This document shows positions 20,234 through 30,624 of a stretch of 64,000 nucleotides of DNA, in pieces. Positions within the stretch are counted from its first letter, which is position 1. Each line of letters begins with the position of its first letter. A model generated the notes under the pieces. It ran no database searches. It was not told the DNA's origin and saw only the letters and a list, made by a program, of their open reading frames with translations. The stretch is from positions 64,001 to 128,000 of the forward strand of contig JAWBAI010000001.1 of assembly GCA_038816475.1 (NCBI GenBank). The letters are read 5' to 3'. The translations under genes and the position numbers were made by a program. Source of the DNA: Desulfurococcaceae archaeon. GTDB taxonomy: Archaea > Thermoproteota > Thermoprotei_A > Sulfolobales > Desulfurococcaceae.

Positions 20234-21085
20234 TTACCGTCTTACCACCCTTCTGATGACGCTTGGTGTAATGTACTTCAAACCCATTTTGAGAGCCTCA
20301 TTCATCCACTCACTATGTATTTTCACGGCTTCGTTAGCTACCTTAATAGCGTCCTCTACTCCAGCACCAGGCACAAATTCATCGGTTTCTCTATTCGCTA
20401 TTGCTGCACACACCGCGCCAGCTCTAAGTCCGTAGATGCTCGCTAACACAAATATTACAGAAGCCTCCATTTCAAAGTTCAGAACATTAGCGCTCCTCAG
20501 GTACTCTATTAAGCCTTTTTGATGATGAGGTAAGTATCCCTTGAACCCGGGTCTCTCTTGACCCACGTAAAAGCTATCACTACTAGCTGTTAAACCAACG
20601 TGGTATCTAACTCCAAGCGTTTCAGCAGCTTCGATCAAAGCTAGAACAACATCATAGCTTGCAACAGCTGGATACTCTGGAATTACGTAGTGTTTGCTTG
20701 TACCTTCTAGCCTCACAGCACCTGTTGATATTATTAAATCTCCAACCTTGATCTCTTTTTTAAGAGCCCCCGTGGTCCCCACTCTTATGAAAACCTCGGC
20801 TCCAACCCTCGCCAGCTCCTCAACGGCTATAGCCGTTGATGGAGCACCTATACCTGTACTAGTTGCAGATATAAACACTCCCTTGTAGTATCCACTGTAA
20901 GTAACGAACTCTCTATGTGTTGCAACATGCCAATACTCATCCCAGTACTTCGCTATTATTGGAACACGCTCAGGATCTCCAGGTAGAAGAACGTACCTAC
21001 CTACGTCACCTGGTTTCACCATTAAGTGGTACTGAAGACCACTATCTGTTTCAGGAACACTAGCACTCTTGATCCTCTCGGTCAA
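20234..21085 (-). CDS. udp: Uridine phosphorylase (PNP/UDP family)
   Basis: QYHL, LLPGDPERV, STGIGAPSTAIAVEEL, RVGTTG, SDSFYVGQER and NFEMEAS motifs. Confidence 0.9.
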   Translation of the reverse strand: MTERIKSASVPETDSGLQYHLMVKPGDVGRYVLLPGDPERVPIIAKYWDEYWHVATHREFVTYSGYYKGVFISATSTGIGAPSTAIAVEELARVGAEVFIRVGTTGALKKEIKVGDLIISTGAVRLEGTSKHYVIPEYPAVASYDVVLALIEAAETLGVRYHVGLTASSDSFYVGQERPGFKGYLPHHQKGLIEYLRSANVLNFEMEASVIFVLASIYGLRAGAVCAAIANRETDEFVPGAGVEDAIKVANEAVKIHSEWMNEALKMGLKYITPSVIRRVVRR

Positions 21086-21102
21086 TCAAGACACCCAATG
21101 GT

Positions 21103-21618
21103 TTACACAAAGTGGATCTCTGCTTTTAACTTGTCTAGGTCCAATAAAGCGTATGATTTCCTGTTGGTAATATACCCGCATACTTCACCAGGGTTTAAAA
21201 CAAGCTTACCATGTACTCTTTCAGCATCTACTAAGTGTGTGTGCCCGTAGAGTAAAGCATCTATGTCTAAAGAATTCGCCAACGCGTAGACAAGTTTCCT
21301 CGTGTTCTCGGGTGAACCATAACCATGAAACAGCAAAATCCTCTTACCCGAGATTTCTATAACAGTAGGTTCTGAAAAGAAAACCCAGTTGTATTTCGCA
21401 AACAGTGTAGTTAACTGATAAACATCTCCGTCGTTGTTTCCTCTAACAGCAATTACAGGAGTGTCTTTGAGAACTTCTTTCATAAGCCTTACTGTGAAAG
21501 GACTTATGATATCGCCCAAATGAATTACTTTTTCAACATTGTGCTCTAAAATTCTTTGGAGAACTTCCCTGAGAGCAACCAGGTTATCGTGACTATCGCT
21601 CAGTACACCAACGAGCAA
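21103..21618 (-). CDS. MJ0936/YfcE-type metallophosphoesterase
   Basis: SDSHDN, HLGD, GNND, HG, GHTH and NPGE motifs, all intact. Confidence 0.9.
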   Translation of the reverse strand: MLVGVLSDSHDNLVALREVLQRILEHNVEKVIHLGDIISPFTVRLMKEVLKDTPVIAVRGNNDGDVYQLTTLFAKYNWVFFSEPTVIEISGKRILLFHGYGSPENTRKLVYALANSLDIDALLYGHTHLVDAERVHGKLVLNPGEVCGYITNRKSYALLDLDKLKAEIHFV

Positions 21619-21636
21619 GTATCCCCTTTAACGGGT

Positions 21637-22224
21637 TTACTCGACTTTTATCTTAAAGCCTTTTCCTTCCTCTTTTCCGATCTTTTTGAGTTTTACCTCG
21701 AGAACACCGTTCTTGTAGGTTGCTCTGGAGGTGTCAGGGTCTACTTTGGCTGGTAGTTCTACCTCCTTGTAGTATTTTCTCTCCTCGTTGGACGCTCTGA
21801 TGATCAGCGTTTTGCCGTCCTCGGTGATCTTTAGGTCGATCTTGTCCTTGTCAACGCCTGGAATCTCCGCTACAACGATCACTTCGTCGTCCTTCTCGAA
21901 AACATCTACGAGAGGCTCGCGCTCCTCGATAATCTCTGGTCTACCTCTTACCCTTTTAACGTTCCCGAACTCCCGGATCACGGGTTTACCATCTGGTCCT
22001 ATTGTGATGCTGAAACCGTAAACGTACGGTTTAATTCCTCTCTTCTCTAGTTCTCTCATTTCCTTCTCAAACTCCTCTGGGGGTGGAAAGCCATAGTAGA
22101 ATCTTCTCATAAGGTGTCTCATGTCTCTGAGAATATCCTCGAAGAACCTGTCAAGCTCATCGAAGATGTCTTCGAAATCACGCTCCCAGAATCTTCTTCG
22201 CCTACGCCACCACTCTTCTCCCAT
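21637..22224 (-). CDS. hsp20: Archaeal small heat-shock protein Hsp20
   Basis: PYVYGFSITIGPDGKP..REFGN, EREPLVDVFE, AEIPGVDK, ATYKNGVLEV and C-terminal IKVE (IXI/V). Confidence 0.93.
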   Translation of the reverse strand: MGEEWWRRRRRFWERDFEDIFDELDRFFEDILRDMRHLMRRFYYGFPPPEEFEKEMRELEKRGIKPYVYGFSITIGPDGKPVIREFGNVKRVRGRPEIIEEREPLVDVFEKDDEVIVVAEIPGVDKDKIDLKITEDGKTLIIRASNEERKYYKEVELPAKVDPDTSRATYKNGVLEVKLKKIGKEEGKGFKIKVE

Positions 22225-22346
22225 AACAAACACCCAACACTTCTATAATGCTATGAGAGGTAAATTAATTTAAATTTCAACCCAAACAACTGTATCTAGA
22301 GCTTGGAGCTTGTTTTATTCTACCGGAGGGTTTACAGGTGCTGTGA

Positions 22347-22766
22347 ATGATTAAGGTTTATCACGAGGTTATCAAGGTTAAAACCACCGAGAAGTTTCAG
22401 CTTATAGACATTACCAGGTACGTTGAAGCGGCTGTGGAGAAGTCTCAGGTTAAAAATGGGATCGTCCTGGTATTTGCTCCTCATGCAACAGCGGGGGTTG
22501 TCGTTAATGAAAACGAAAGCGGGTTGATCAGCGATATTCTCGAAAAGATCAAGGAGTTCACGGAGCCCGGGAGTCTCAGGTGGAGACATAATCTAATTGA
22601 CAACAACGCGCATGCTCACATAGGCTCAGCGCTGTTCGGGTCGGAGAGGGTATTACCTGTCATTAACGGTAGGCTGGTAAGGGGTACATGGCAAAACATA
22701 TTCTTGATGGAAATGGATGGTCCTAGACGCGAGAGAGAAGTAGTGGTTTTCGTGATGGGTGATTAA
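22347..22766 (+). CDS. yjbQ: YjbQ/UPF0047 family protein
   Basis: HATAG..NENE, DNNAHAH and [15 protein letters not shown] motifs. Confidence 0.9.
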   Translation: MIKVYHEVIKVKTTEKFQLIDITRYVEAAVEKSQVKNGIVLVFAPHATAGVVVNENESGLISDILEKIKEFTEPGSLRWRHNLIDNNAHAHIGSALFGSERVLPVINGRLVRGTWQNIFLMEMDGPRREREVVVFVMGD

Positions 22767-23943
22767 GTTGAGACTGTACATAGCTTCAGAAGAAGACATA
22801 TTGAACGGTGTCGTAACGGATATCTACTTCACTAGAACTGTTAAAATACTGAGAGCAAAGGGTATTAGGAAGAAAGTCAGGATGGAATTCCACGTTCACA
22901 AGCTACCTAAAGGCTATGAATGGGCTGTTTTCGCAGGCTTGGAAGAAGTGCTATACGTGCTAAAAGATAAACCGGTCACGGTTTACGCAATGCCTGAGGG
23001 AACGCTATTCAAGGCTGGAGAACCCCTCATGATAATAGAAGGGTACTACGATGATTTCGCAGTTTACGAAACAGCATTGCTCGGCATTCTAAGACACTAC
23101 TCTAGTATTGCTTCCAAAGCTGCTCGAATAAAGAAGCTAGCAGGCAACAAGCGGGTTCTCTTCTTTGGTTTACGTGCATTGCATCCTGCAATAGCACCTA
23201 TGGCTGATCGAGCAGCTTACATTGGCGGCGTGGATGCCGTATCAGGTGTTGTGAGCAGTGTGTACCTATCATTGCAACCGCAGGGTACAATGCCGCACGC
23301 TCTCATTATCGTGTACGGCGATCAGGTTGAAGCATGGAAAGCCTTTGATGAGGTGATCGAGCACGATGTACCAAGAATAATGCTTGTTGACACCTTCTAC
23401 GACGAGAGGATAGAAGCGCTCATGGCAGCACAAACTTTAAAGAATAGACTGTATGGTGTGAGACTCGATACTCCTAGTAGTAGGAGAGGCGATATGAGAG
23501 CTATCGTCGAGGAAGTAAGGTGGACGCTGGATATTCACGGATACAAGAATGTTAAAATAGCTGTAAGCGGCGGTATTGACGAGAAAGAGATTGTTAAACT
23601 ACGAGACATCGTGGACATATTTGGAGTTGGAACCAGTATAGCTATGCCACCTAGTATAGACATAAGTGCTGATATTGTGGAATTGTATGAAGATGGCGAG
23701 TGGAAACCGATTACAAAGAGAGGAAAGCTACCAGGAGCTAAACAAGTCTATAGGAAGAGACCCGGTTTAAATGACATAGTTACATTACTCGATAAACCAC
23801 TTGAAGTACCAGAAGGGTATACACCGTTACTCAGAAAGTACCTTGAAAACGGGAAACTCGTGTGCGAACTCCCTAGGCTGGAGGAAATCAGGAGCTACGT
23901 TCTATCTCAACTAGAGGAAGTTCCTGAACCCCTGGTTGAGTAG
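22759..23943 (+). CDS. pncB: Nicotinate phosphoribosyltransferase
   Basis: TDIYF, FGLR, GTMPH, LVDTF, VRLDTP, SGG, FGVGT and KRGKLPG motifs. Confidence 0.92.
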   Translation: MIKLRLYIASEEDILNGVVTDIYFTRTVKILRAKGIRKKVRMEFHVHKLPKGYEWAVFAGLEEVLYVLKDKPVTVYAMPEGTLFKAGEPLMIIEGYYDDFAVYETALLGILRHYSSIASKAARIKKLAGNKRVLFFGLRALHPAIAPMADRAAYIGGVDAVSGVVSSVYLSLQPQGTMPHALIIVYGDQVEAWKAFDEVIEHDVPRIMLVDTFYDERIEALMAAQTLKNRLYGVRLDTPSSRRGDMRAIVEEVRWTLDIHGYKNVKIAVSGGIDEKEIVKLRDIVDIFGVGTSIAMPPSIDISADIVELYEDGEWKPITKRGKLPGAKQVYRKRPGLNDIVTLLDKPLEVPEGYTPLLRKYLENGKLVCELPRLEEIRSYVLSQLEEVPEPLVE

Positions 23944-24952
23944 CAGATGTTTCATGAACAGAGTTAATCACACTCAACCGCTTGATCATTTCTACCTGGA
24001 ACTAGACGATCAAAGCCTTGCTGTTGTTGTTGGTAACTGGCACTTCCAGTGTTGCATACTAGGCTACGTGAAGTACGTACCCACGAGAGCACAGTCTACC
24101 TGGCGTAGGTCATTTATAAACTATGAACGATTGTTGAAGGTCTACAACCCAGAGGAAGTTTACAAGCAAGCCAACTGGACCATCTATGTCCCCTTCTTTG
24201 ACACCAAAGTCCCTTACATCCCGGTATCCCGTGTACTTAGGGTTTACGACCCTACTAGAAGAGCTCTAGAACTTCACTACAAAGCGAGTGATCAACTGGA
24301 AGAGAAGGCGATTTGCATGCTTTCTCTTATCGAGGAAGGAACAGGCGTGTTACCCGGTGTAACGGGATCTCTTCTACCCGGAATACACAATGTCCATGTT
24401 AGTGACATAGATATCGTAGTATACGGATCAAGGAACTCAAGGGAGGTAATAGAGTTCGTTGACAATAACAGGGACGTATTTAAACCTTTGAATGAAACGC
24501 GGTTGAAAGCTTGGTCAAAGAACATCGCTTACTCAACTGGGCTATCGGAGAACGAGGTGCTCAAGTACTATAGAAACTGGAGAAGAGGTTACTTTGCCGA
24601 CAGGGAGTACTCAATTATATATAATGATGGCACCTACAAAGATGTTTTTCTAATGCCAAGCTACATAACTCGTGGAATAGTAAGAGCTGTTCTCGAAGTG
24701 CATGGAGACCTTAGAGCGCTCAACTACCCATCCATCGGCATGGTAACCAGCTACAGGATTGTTGAGTCCCGATGCAAGGTGGACTACGATATAAGCTACT
24801 TAATGAGTTACGAAGCGTTGTATGTGCCAGGACTTCACGAAGGAGGAGTATTTGAGGTATCGGGGCTTCTGCAGTGTAGTGCGGTAGAGGAGACATGTAG
24901 GATTCTGGTGGGCTCTCACGAATACAGGGGTTTCATGAAGTGGCTACATTAG
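23936..24952 (+). CDS. Uncharacterised archaeal Pol-beta-superfamily nucleotidyltransferase
   Basis: GVTGSLL...SDIDIVVYG (GS...DxD) motif; overlaps the pncB stop. Confidence 0.75.
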   Translation: MSSRCFMNRVNHTQPLDHFYLELDDQSLAVVVGNWHFQCCILGYVKYVPTRAQSTWRRSFINYERLLKVYNPEEVYKQANWTIYVPFFDTKVPYIPVSRVLRVYDPTRRALELHYKASDQLEEKAICMLSLIEEGTGVLPGVTGSLLPGIHNVHVSDIDIVVYGSRNSREVIEFVDNNRDVFKPLNETRLKAWSKNIAYSTGLSENEVLKYYRNWRRGYFADREYSIIYNDGTYKDVFLMPSYITRGIVRAVLEVHGDLRALNYPSIGMVTSYRIVESRCKVDYDISYLMSYEALYVPGLHEGGVFEVSGLLQCSAVEETCRILVGSHEYRGFMKWLH

Positions 24953-25557
24953 GGTCGTCTTTCAGGTTTTTGGCAGTATACGAGTTACTTGGATCTAAAA
25001 GCATGGAGAGAACACTGTGTTTTCTATCGAAGCATTTCAAAGCGAATACCGTTATACTACTAGGTAACACTACTTCTCCTTCAGCTATTTACTGGTTAAG
25101 CAAGGTATGCGGTGCCACGATACTAGGAGTGCTAGGCGAACTAGATAACCCCGCGGTATCTCAGGCGTTGAAGGCTGTTAACGGTTTACTGGATTGCCGT
25201 GGAGCAACAGTACATGGTTTAAAGCTGTTCGGGTACGGTGTTGGCACCTGTAGTAGTACATGCAACGTAGCTGACAGCATCGATGTTCTCGTTACTAGTC
25301 AGCCTGGCTTCATTCGAAGCTGCTGTAAACTAGGTAATGATAATGTTGACCACCTGCACGACCTTTTGAGACCTAAACTACTGCTTACAGGTGGATGTAG
25401 ATATCCTTGCATGCGCGATAGAATATACTCACCAGGATCTCTAAGACTCGGCTACTTTGGTGTTCTCAGCGTAGACCCCAGCAAGGGTGTTTACGAGTTC
25501 ACAGTGTACCAGTTGGATAAATACTTCAAGAAGACTCCGGCTTTGCAGATATCATAG
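24940..25557 (+). CDS. Degenerate calcineurin-like metallophosphoesterase-fold protein
   Basis: Motif spacing matches Icc-like phosphoesterases (..ILLGN.., ..VLGELD.., ..LVTSQP.., ..LLTG.., ..SPGSL..GYF), but the metal ligands are substituted. Confidence 0.55.
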   Translation: MATLGSSFRFLAVYELLGSKSMERTLCFLSKHFKANTVILLGNTTSPSAIYWLSKVCGATILGVLGELDNPAVSQALKAVNGLLDCRGATVHGLKLFGYGVGTCSSTCNVADSIDVLVTSQPGFIRSCCKLGNDNVDHLHDLLRPKLLLTGGCRYPCMRDRIYSPGSLRLGYFGVLSVDPSKGVYEFTVYQLDKYFKKTPALQIS

Positions 25558-25599
25558 GTCTTTTTAAGCTTTTAATAGGATAATCTGTGAAGGGCTTAG

Positions 25600-27009
25600 A
25601 TGCTTAATGTTGTGTTGAATCCAAGAAGCATAGCTGTTGTAGGTGCGAGTAGAACCCCTGGTAAAATAGGCTACACAATAATGGACAATCTCGTAAAATA
25701 CGGCTATAAGGGAAAACTGTACCCGGTTAATCCCCACGCTGATGAAATTATGGGGTTTAAAGCCTATCCAAGCATCTCAGCGATACCAGACGATGTGGAC
25801 GTCGCTATTATAGCTGTTCCGGCAAGCGCTGTACCAGACGTAATAGAGGACTGCGGAAGAAGGGGTGTTAAAGTAGCTGTTGTAATAACATCGGGATTTT
25901 CCGAGGTTGGTAACGTAGAGCTCGAGGAGAAGGTAGTTAAGCTGGCTAAGGAGTACGGTGTTAGAATTCTAGGACCCAACATATTCGGCTATGCTTACAC
26001 GCATAGCAATGTTAATGCGACATTCGGACCTACCGAAGTTGTCAAAGGGAACATAGCGTTCATAACCCAGAGTGGTGCTCTGGGTATAGCACTAATGGGC
26101 TGGACGGTGATGAACGAGATCGGTTTATCGGCTCTCTTCAGCGTAGGTAATATGGTTGACATAGACGTTGTTGAGCTCTCTGAGCTCCTGGCTGAAGACG
26201 AGAACACACGCGTTATCACAATCTACTTGGAGGGCATAAAACCGGGAACAGGAAAGAACTTCATCAGTAGAATGTCGAAGGTTACATCCAGAAAACCCGT
26301 AGTTGCTATCAAAGCGGGTAGATCTCAGCGAGGTATGAAAGCTGTGGCGAGTCATACTGGAAGCCTCGCTGGAAGTGATGCTTTCTACGAAGCTGCGTTT
26401 AAACAAGCTGGTATAATCAGAGCTTACACCGTTGAAGAGATGTTCGATATAGCAAGAGCATTCGCGCTGCAGGAACTACCACGAGGTGAAAATACCGTTG
26501 TGATCACAAACGGTGGGGGTGCTGGCGTACTTGCAACAGACGCTGCTGAGCTCACTGGAGTTAAACTACTTGAGCCCACGGGTGATCTCATGGACAAGTT
26601 CAGGCAGGCGATGCCCTGGTTTGGTAGTCCTAAAAACCCTGTTGACTTGACTGGCCAGGCATCCGTGGACAACTATCTTAAGGCGCTTAAGGTAGCTGCT
26701 GAGTCCCCCGAAATAGACAACATAGTAATTCTGTACTGCAGAACAGCTGTTCTTGATCCTGTTGATCTCGCTAAAGCTATTGTAGACTTCTACAAGGAGA
26801 ACAGTGTGAATAAGACAACCGTTGTATCGTTCATAGGAGGAGAAGACGTCAACGAGGCGATCAGAATTCTTAACAGACACGGGTTACCAGCGTATCCTTC
26901 GCCGGAGAGAGCTGTTTATGCATTATCAAAAATGCTGTGGTATAGAAGATACTTGCTTAGAAAAATGAGAAGTGAGGCTTTAACTCAACAGGTTTCTATA
27001 TCAATCTAG
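25600..27009 (+). CDS. acdA: Acetate--CoA ligase (ADP-forming), alpha subunit
   Basis: PRSIAVVGAS, GPNIFG, QSGALG, active-site ASHTGSLAG, TNGGGAGVLATD and NPVDLTG. Confidence 0.92.
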   Translation: MLNVVLNPRSIAVVGASRTPGKIGYTIMDNLVKYGYKGKLYPVNPHADEIMGFKAYPSISAIPDDVDVAIIAVPASAVPDVIEDCGRRGVKVAVVITSGFSEVGNVELEEKVVKLAKEYGVRILGPNIFGYAYTHSNVNATFGPTEVVKGNIAFITQSGALGIALMGWTVMNEIGLSALFSVGNMVDIDVVELSELLAEDENTRVITIYLEGIKPGTGKNFISRMSKVTSRKPVVAIKAGRSQRGMKAVASHTGSLAGSDAFYEAAFKQAGIIRAYTVEEMFDIARAFALQELPRGENTVVITNGGGAGVLATDAAELTGVKLLEPTGDLMDKFRQAMPWFGSPKNPVDLTGQASVDNYLKALKVAAESPEIDNIVILYCRTAVLDPVDLAKAIVDFYKENSVNKTTVVSFIGGEDVNEAIRILNRHGLPAYPSPERAVYALSKMLWYRRYLLRKMRSEALTQQVSISI

Positions 27010-27328
27010 CACCTGGTTTTACATTCGATGCTGTGGTAACTATAACCGGTGGATCTGTATCGGTAGCTAGAATCATACCTTGGCTTTCTAGGCCCATGAG
27101 CCTTTTTGGTTTCAAGTTCGCAACTACAACTACTTGCTTACCAATGAAGTACTCTGGAGAATACCACTGGGCTAACCCGGCGATAATCTGTCTCTCACCA
27201 AGCTCTCCAAGGTCGATGATAAGTCTTAGCAGTTTACCGCTACCAGGAACTTTCTCAGCATACTTTACTAAGCCGACTCTGAGATCTACTCTTTTAAACT
27301 CCTCTATTGAGATATACCCTTCGCTCAT
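26996..27328 (-). CDS. Stand-alone MetRS C-terminal/Trbp111-like tRNA-binding protein
   Basis: DLRVG, KLLRLIIDLG..RQIIAG, VANLKP..LMGLESQGMIL OB-fold signature. Confidence 0.9.
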   Translation of the reverse strand: MSEGYISIEEFKRVDLRVGLVKYAEKVPGSGKLLRLIIDLGELGERQIIAGLAQWYSPEYFIGKQVVVVANLKPKRLMGLESQGMILATDTDPPVIVTTASNVKPGARLI

Positions 27329-27368
27329 AGCACCACCATATCTACTTTCAAGTAACTACGAAGACTAA

Positions 27369-28097
27369 TTAAATCTCGCAAACCCGATTCTTCTCCCTGC
27401 AGAGCTCCAGGAAAATATCCAATGGGGTTTTACCAGATAATCCCGCGTAGAGCTCTAGCACTTTCTCGTTTACCTCTCTATCCAAAACTCGAGGCAGGAT
27501 CTTTACTAACTCTGTGTATAGTTTTTGAAGTCTACTTTTACCCTCCACTAGTACCTTGTTCATTACCTCCACTAGAGATTGAAGCTCCTGTCTAGGTACA
27601 AGTAGCTTTGAACCTACTCTAACAAGCTGAGATACATATACACCTGTTACAAGCTCTACGAAAACCCCCTTGGACGGGCTAACGTGCATAATTCCGCTGT
27701 GCTTGAACCCTACTCTCCTTGCTACATTGAGTATTTCGACAGCTCTTTTCAATTTTAGTGCTGATACGTGTATTATAGGTCCTGTAACAATCATCCAAAA
27801 ACCTCTATGGGGTTCTAGTCTATAAATGAACTCCACTTCGCTGGACTCTACAGGTACATGTGATTTAAACACGATGTTTGTTTCATCCCTCTGCCAAGGC
27901 GTATCGGAGTCCATTACTACAATCCTACCACTACAACTACTAGTTGTGTACAATTCGGCATCTAGATTTACAAGTATCAGCAAAGGGAGAAGGTCCCTGT
28001 CCACATAGCCTATTTCAAGATCCTCGTGCACACGCTTCCAGAAGTACTCTTTACTCTTGCGCCAGAGATCAATAGAGATTCTCATAGAGAATCCCAA
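27369..28097 (-). CDS. taw3: tRNA wyosine-derivative methyltransferase Taw3 (TYW3)
   Basis: D...YTTSSCSGRI, KSH, PIIHV and GFKHSG TYW3 motifs. Confidence 0.9.
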   Translation of the reverse strand: MGFSMRISIDLWRKSKEYFWKRVHEDLEIGYVDRDLLPLLILVNLDAELYTTSSCSGRIVVMDSDTPWQRDETNIVFKSHVPVESSEVEFIYRLEPHRGFWMIVTGPIIHVSALKLKRAVEILNVARRVGFKHSGIMHVSPSKGVFVELVTGVYVSQLVRVGSKLLVPRQELQSLVEVMNKVLVEGKSRLQKLYTELVKILPRVLDREVNEKVLELYAGLSGKTPLDIFLELCREKNRVCEI

Positions 28098-28203
28098 AGC
28101 TTCCCCTTGATCACCACTTCAACACTACAACGTTAAAATGGACCAATAACCCTGGGAAAACCTTTTCATCATTTAATACCTCCTAAAATCTATACTTTAA
28201 GCG

Positions 28204-28524
28204 GTGAATTTGTTGGGTATCTATGAAGTAGCTTTTAATCCGCCCTCGGTCGTAGTAATGCTTATTCAGTTCGTACTCGGACTAGCGCTGGGTTATGTCT
28301 CGGTGAAAGCACTAAAGTACATAATAGCGTTCATAGCTGTACTTGTACTAGGTGTAATGCTGTCCATCTGGAATCTTGGAACATTACGTAAAGAGGTACT
28401 AGAATCACTTGGTTTAACAATAGAGGCGATCTTTAAACTCCTACTCATACTAATGATCACAGCAGCTGGGCCTACATTAATTGGCTTCATCGTTGGCATA
28501 GTGGTATCAATACTGAAAGGATGA
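28204..28524 (+). CDS. Small integral membrane protein (FUN14-like)
   Basis: Three hydrophobic segments; GLALGY..KALK and GFIVG patterns. Confidence 0.65.
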   Translation: MNLLGIYEVAFNPPSVVVMLIQFVLGLALGYVSVKALKYIIAFIAVLVLGVMLSIWNLGTLRKEVLESLGLTIEAIFKLLLILMITAAGPTLIGFIVGIVVSILKG

Positions 28525-28643
28525 ACAAAGATTTTCGAGCACCCTTGTCATTAATATTAAAACGTTAAATTAGAGCTTTGTTCAAATGTATAACTACCTA
28601 GTTTTTACGTAAATCACCATGTAGCACGTAGAGGTCATAAACC

Positions 28644-29474
28644 ATGCTAGCTCTTGTATACAGTACAGGGGATCCAGCGGGTGTAGGAATAGTCAACTAT
28701 GTTGTTAGCGCAATGGGATTAAGGGAACACTGTACTTGCCGTTACTGTGTGGAGTGCTATGTTGGAGAAAGTATCCTAGTAGCTGGTTTCAACATTGACG
28801 TTGTACACTTGGATTTCTTGGATGAAGTGTTGCCAAGCTGGGTTGCGTTATACATTGTAGCGTCAAGGCATTCGAGCGAGGTCGGCATCAAGAGTTATAC
28901 TGTGCACTTCACGGGAAACTACGGCTTCGAGGCGATTATGGGTGGACGTCCAAGAGAACTCGGAATAGCGCATCCCCAGATAGCATGGTACATGCTCAGG
29001 GGGATAAATGAAGTTGCAATCAACAGAGGTAGGAAGGAAGAGTATGAAGTAAGCTATGAAGCATCTCACCACGGTCCAACAAACCTGGGAAAACCAATAC
29101 TGTTCGTAGAGATAGGTAGTACACCGGATGATTGGAAAGACCCCCTTAACCACGAGATCTTGGGCCACGCTCTATACAGGCTTCTAAGAGAGTACCCGAA
29201 TCTCCCGGATTGTACAAGCGTTATTGGAATAGGTGGTGGGCATTACCCGAGGAAGCATACAGAAATAGCACTCAACACCAGCATGTGCTATGGTCATATT
29301 TTACCCAAGTATGCTCTCATGTACCTATCCATGGATACTCTCAACGCAATGTACTCTAGAACAGCAATACGGCCCCTCAAAATAATCGTCGAGAAGAAAA
29401 GCACCAGGCAGGATCACAGGAGAATTATTGAAGAATTTGCTAAGGAGCATTCAATGGAGGTTCAGTACATTTAA
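28644..29474 (+). CDS. dtdA: D-aminoacyl-tRNA deacylase (archaeal DTD2)
   Basis: DPAG, SRHSS, TVHFTGN, EASHHGP, FVEIGS, GIGGGHY and GHILPKY motifs. Confidence 0.92.
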   Translation: MLALVYSTGDPAGVGIVNYVVSAMGLREHCTCRYCVECYVGESILVAGFNIDVVHLDFLDEVLPSWVALYIVASRHSSEVGIKSYTVHFTGNYGFEAIMGGRPRELGIAHPQIAWYMLRGINEVAINRGRKEEYEVSYEASHHGPTNLGKPILFVEIGSTPDDWKDPLNHEILGHALYRLLREYPNLPDCTSVIGIGGGHYPRKHTEIALNTSMCYGHILPKYALMYLSMDTLNAMYSRTAIRPLKIIVEKKSTRQDHRRIIEEFAKEHSMEVQYI

Positions 29475-29489
29475 TGGGAGAATCCTTTG

Positions 29490-30530
29490 CTAAATAGTAA
29501 TACTCTTGTCTATAACCCAGTGTCTGGAGAGCTTAGTCCAAATCAATCTAACAACGATCTCCTTACCGGGTTGAACAAGATTCAACGGCAAACGTACTTC
29601 TCGGCGTATCCTTGCATTGGGTTCAAGTTCTCTTCCATCTTCATGTAGTGTGCGTATAAGTTCTCCTCTTCTTATAAATGAGATAATCAGTTTATCGGGT
29701 CTGGAATATCCATGATTACATATTTCTAGTTCTAATTTCACTTCACCCAATCCTACTTCTCTATTCACACTGCATAAATCAAGATGTGGTGCCTTAACCT
29801 CAGACCTGTAGATCGTTACACTGGATATTACCAAAGGTGATGAACGCTCTGATCGTTCCAGTGATACTTTAATGCTTCGTGTTGCTTTAAGCATCTTCAC
29901 CACTACCTCATCCAATACTAGTGCTGAAAGATCGTGAACACCAGCTTCCTCTCCGCTTAGTATAGAAATTCTTGCTGATGACGCGGTATAAGCTATAATT
30001 CTAAGTGTCGATGATGGTTCAAAGCTTTCTTCCAAGTTTAACTCAAGTGATTTCATAGGCTCTATACCGATTAAACCTGTGTAGTGCTTATACTTTGTTT
30101 CGGCATCAGCATCGCTGTATATAGAGTCTAGTATTAGCCCAAGCACTCTAAAGGGGGCACCTCCTTCGTACTTTATGGTTAGATCTATTCCTTCTCCGTA
30201 CTGCGTAGCTGTAGCTCTTAGTATATCGGTTACATCATAGATAAACTTGTACAGATGTCTATCCTGGCTTGAAATCGCAACACCAAATGCTGGTTTAAAT
30301 TCTCTCGTAATACCAACGTTTCCGAGTTTGACCTTCCAACTCGGATAGACTCTACTAGCTTCTACTAGAATCTCAAGTATAGCATAACTGGCCTCTCTTT
30401 TATGCGGTAGATTCAGTGGTACTTTGAGCTTAGAGTTATAGCTACATAGTAGTATGTTCAAAGGCTTAAAAATGCTCATTAGATCACCACTTAGCTTTAA
30501 GAGCGGACTCTGTGTAAGCGTAGTAGTCAT
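29490..30530 (-). CDS. Hypothetical protein (346 aa), possible C-terminal Ig-like beta domain
   Basis: Long ORF; C-terminal LELEICNHG...LEPNA pattern reminiscent of beta-sandwich domains. Confidence 0.7.
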   Translation of the reverse strand: MTTTLTQSPLLKLSGDLMSIFKPLNILLCSYNSKLKVPLNLPHKREASYAILEILVEASRVYPSWKVKLGNVGITREFKPAFGVAISSQDRHLYKFIYDVTDILRATATQYGEGIDLTIKYEGGAPFRVLGLILDSIYSDADAETKYKHYTGLIGIEPMKSLELNLEESFEPSSTLRIIAYTASSARISILSGEEAGVHDLSALVLDEVVVKMLKATRSIKVSLERSERSSPLVISSVTIYRSEVKAPHLDLCSVNREVGLGEVKLELEICNHGYSRPDKLIISFIRRGELIRTLHEDGRELEPNARIRREVRLPLNLVQPGKEIVVRLIWTKLSRHWVIDKSITI

Positions 30531-30624
30531 ACCTGGATCACTTCCCTGCTTATCTAGTACTCTAATAATCTATGCTTAATTAAAAGAGAATAAATATTGG
30601 CAAGGAACACGAGTAGTTGGAGGA

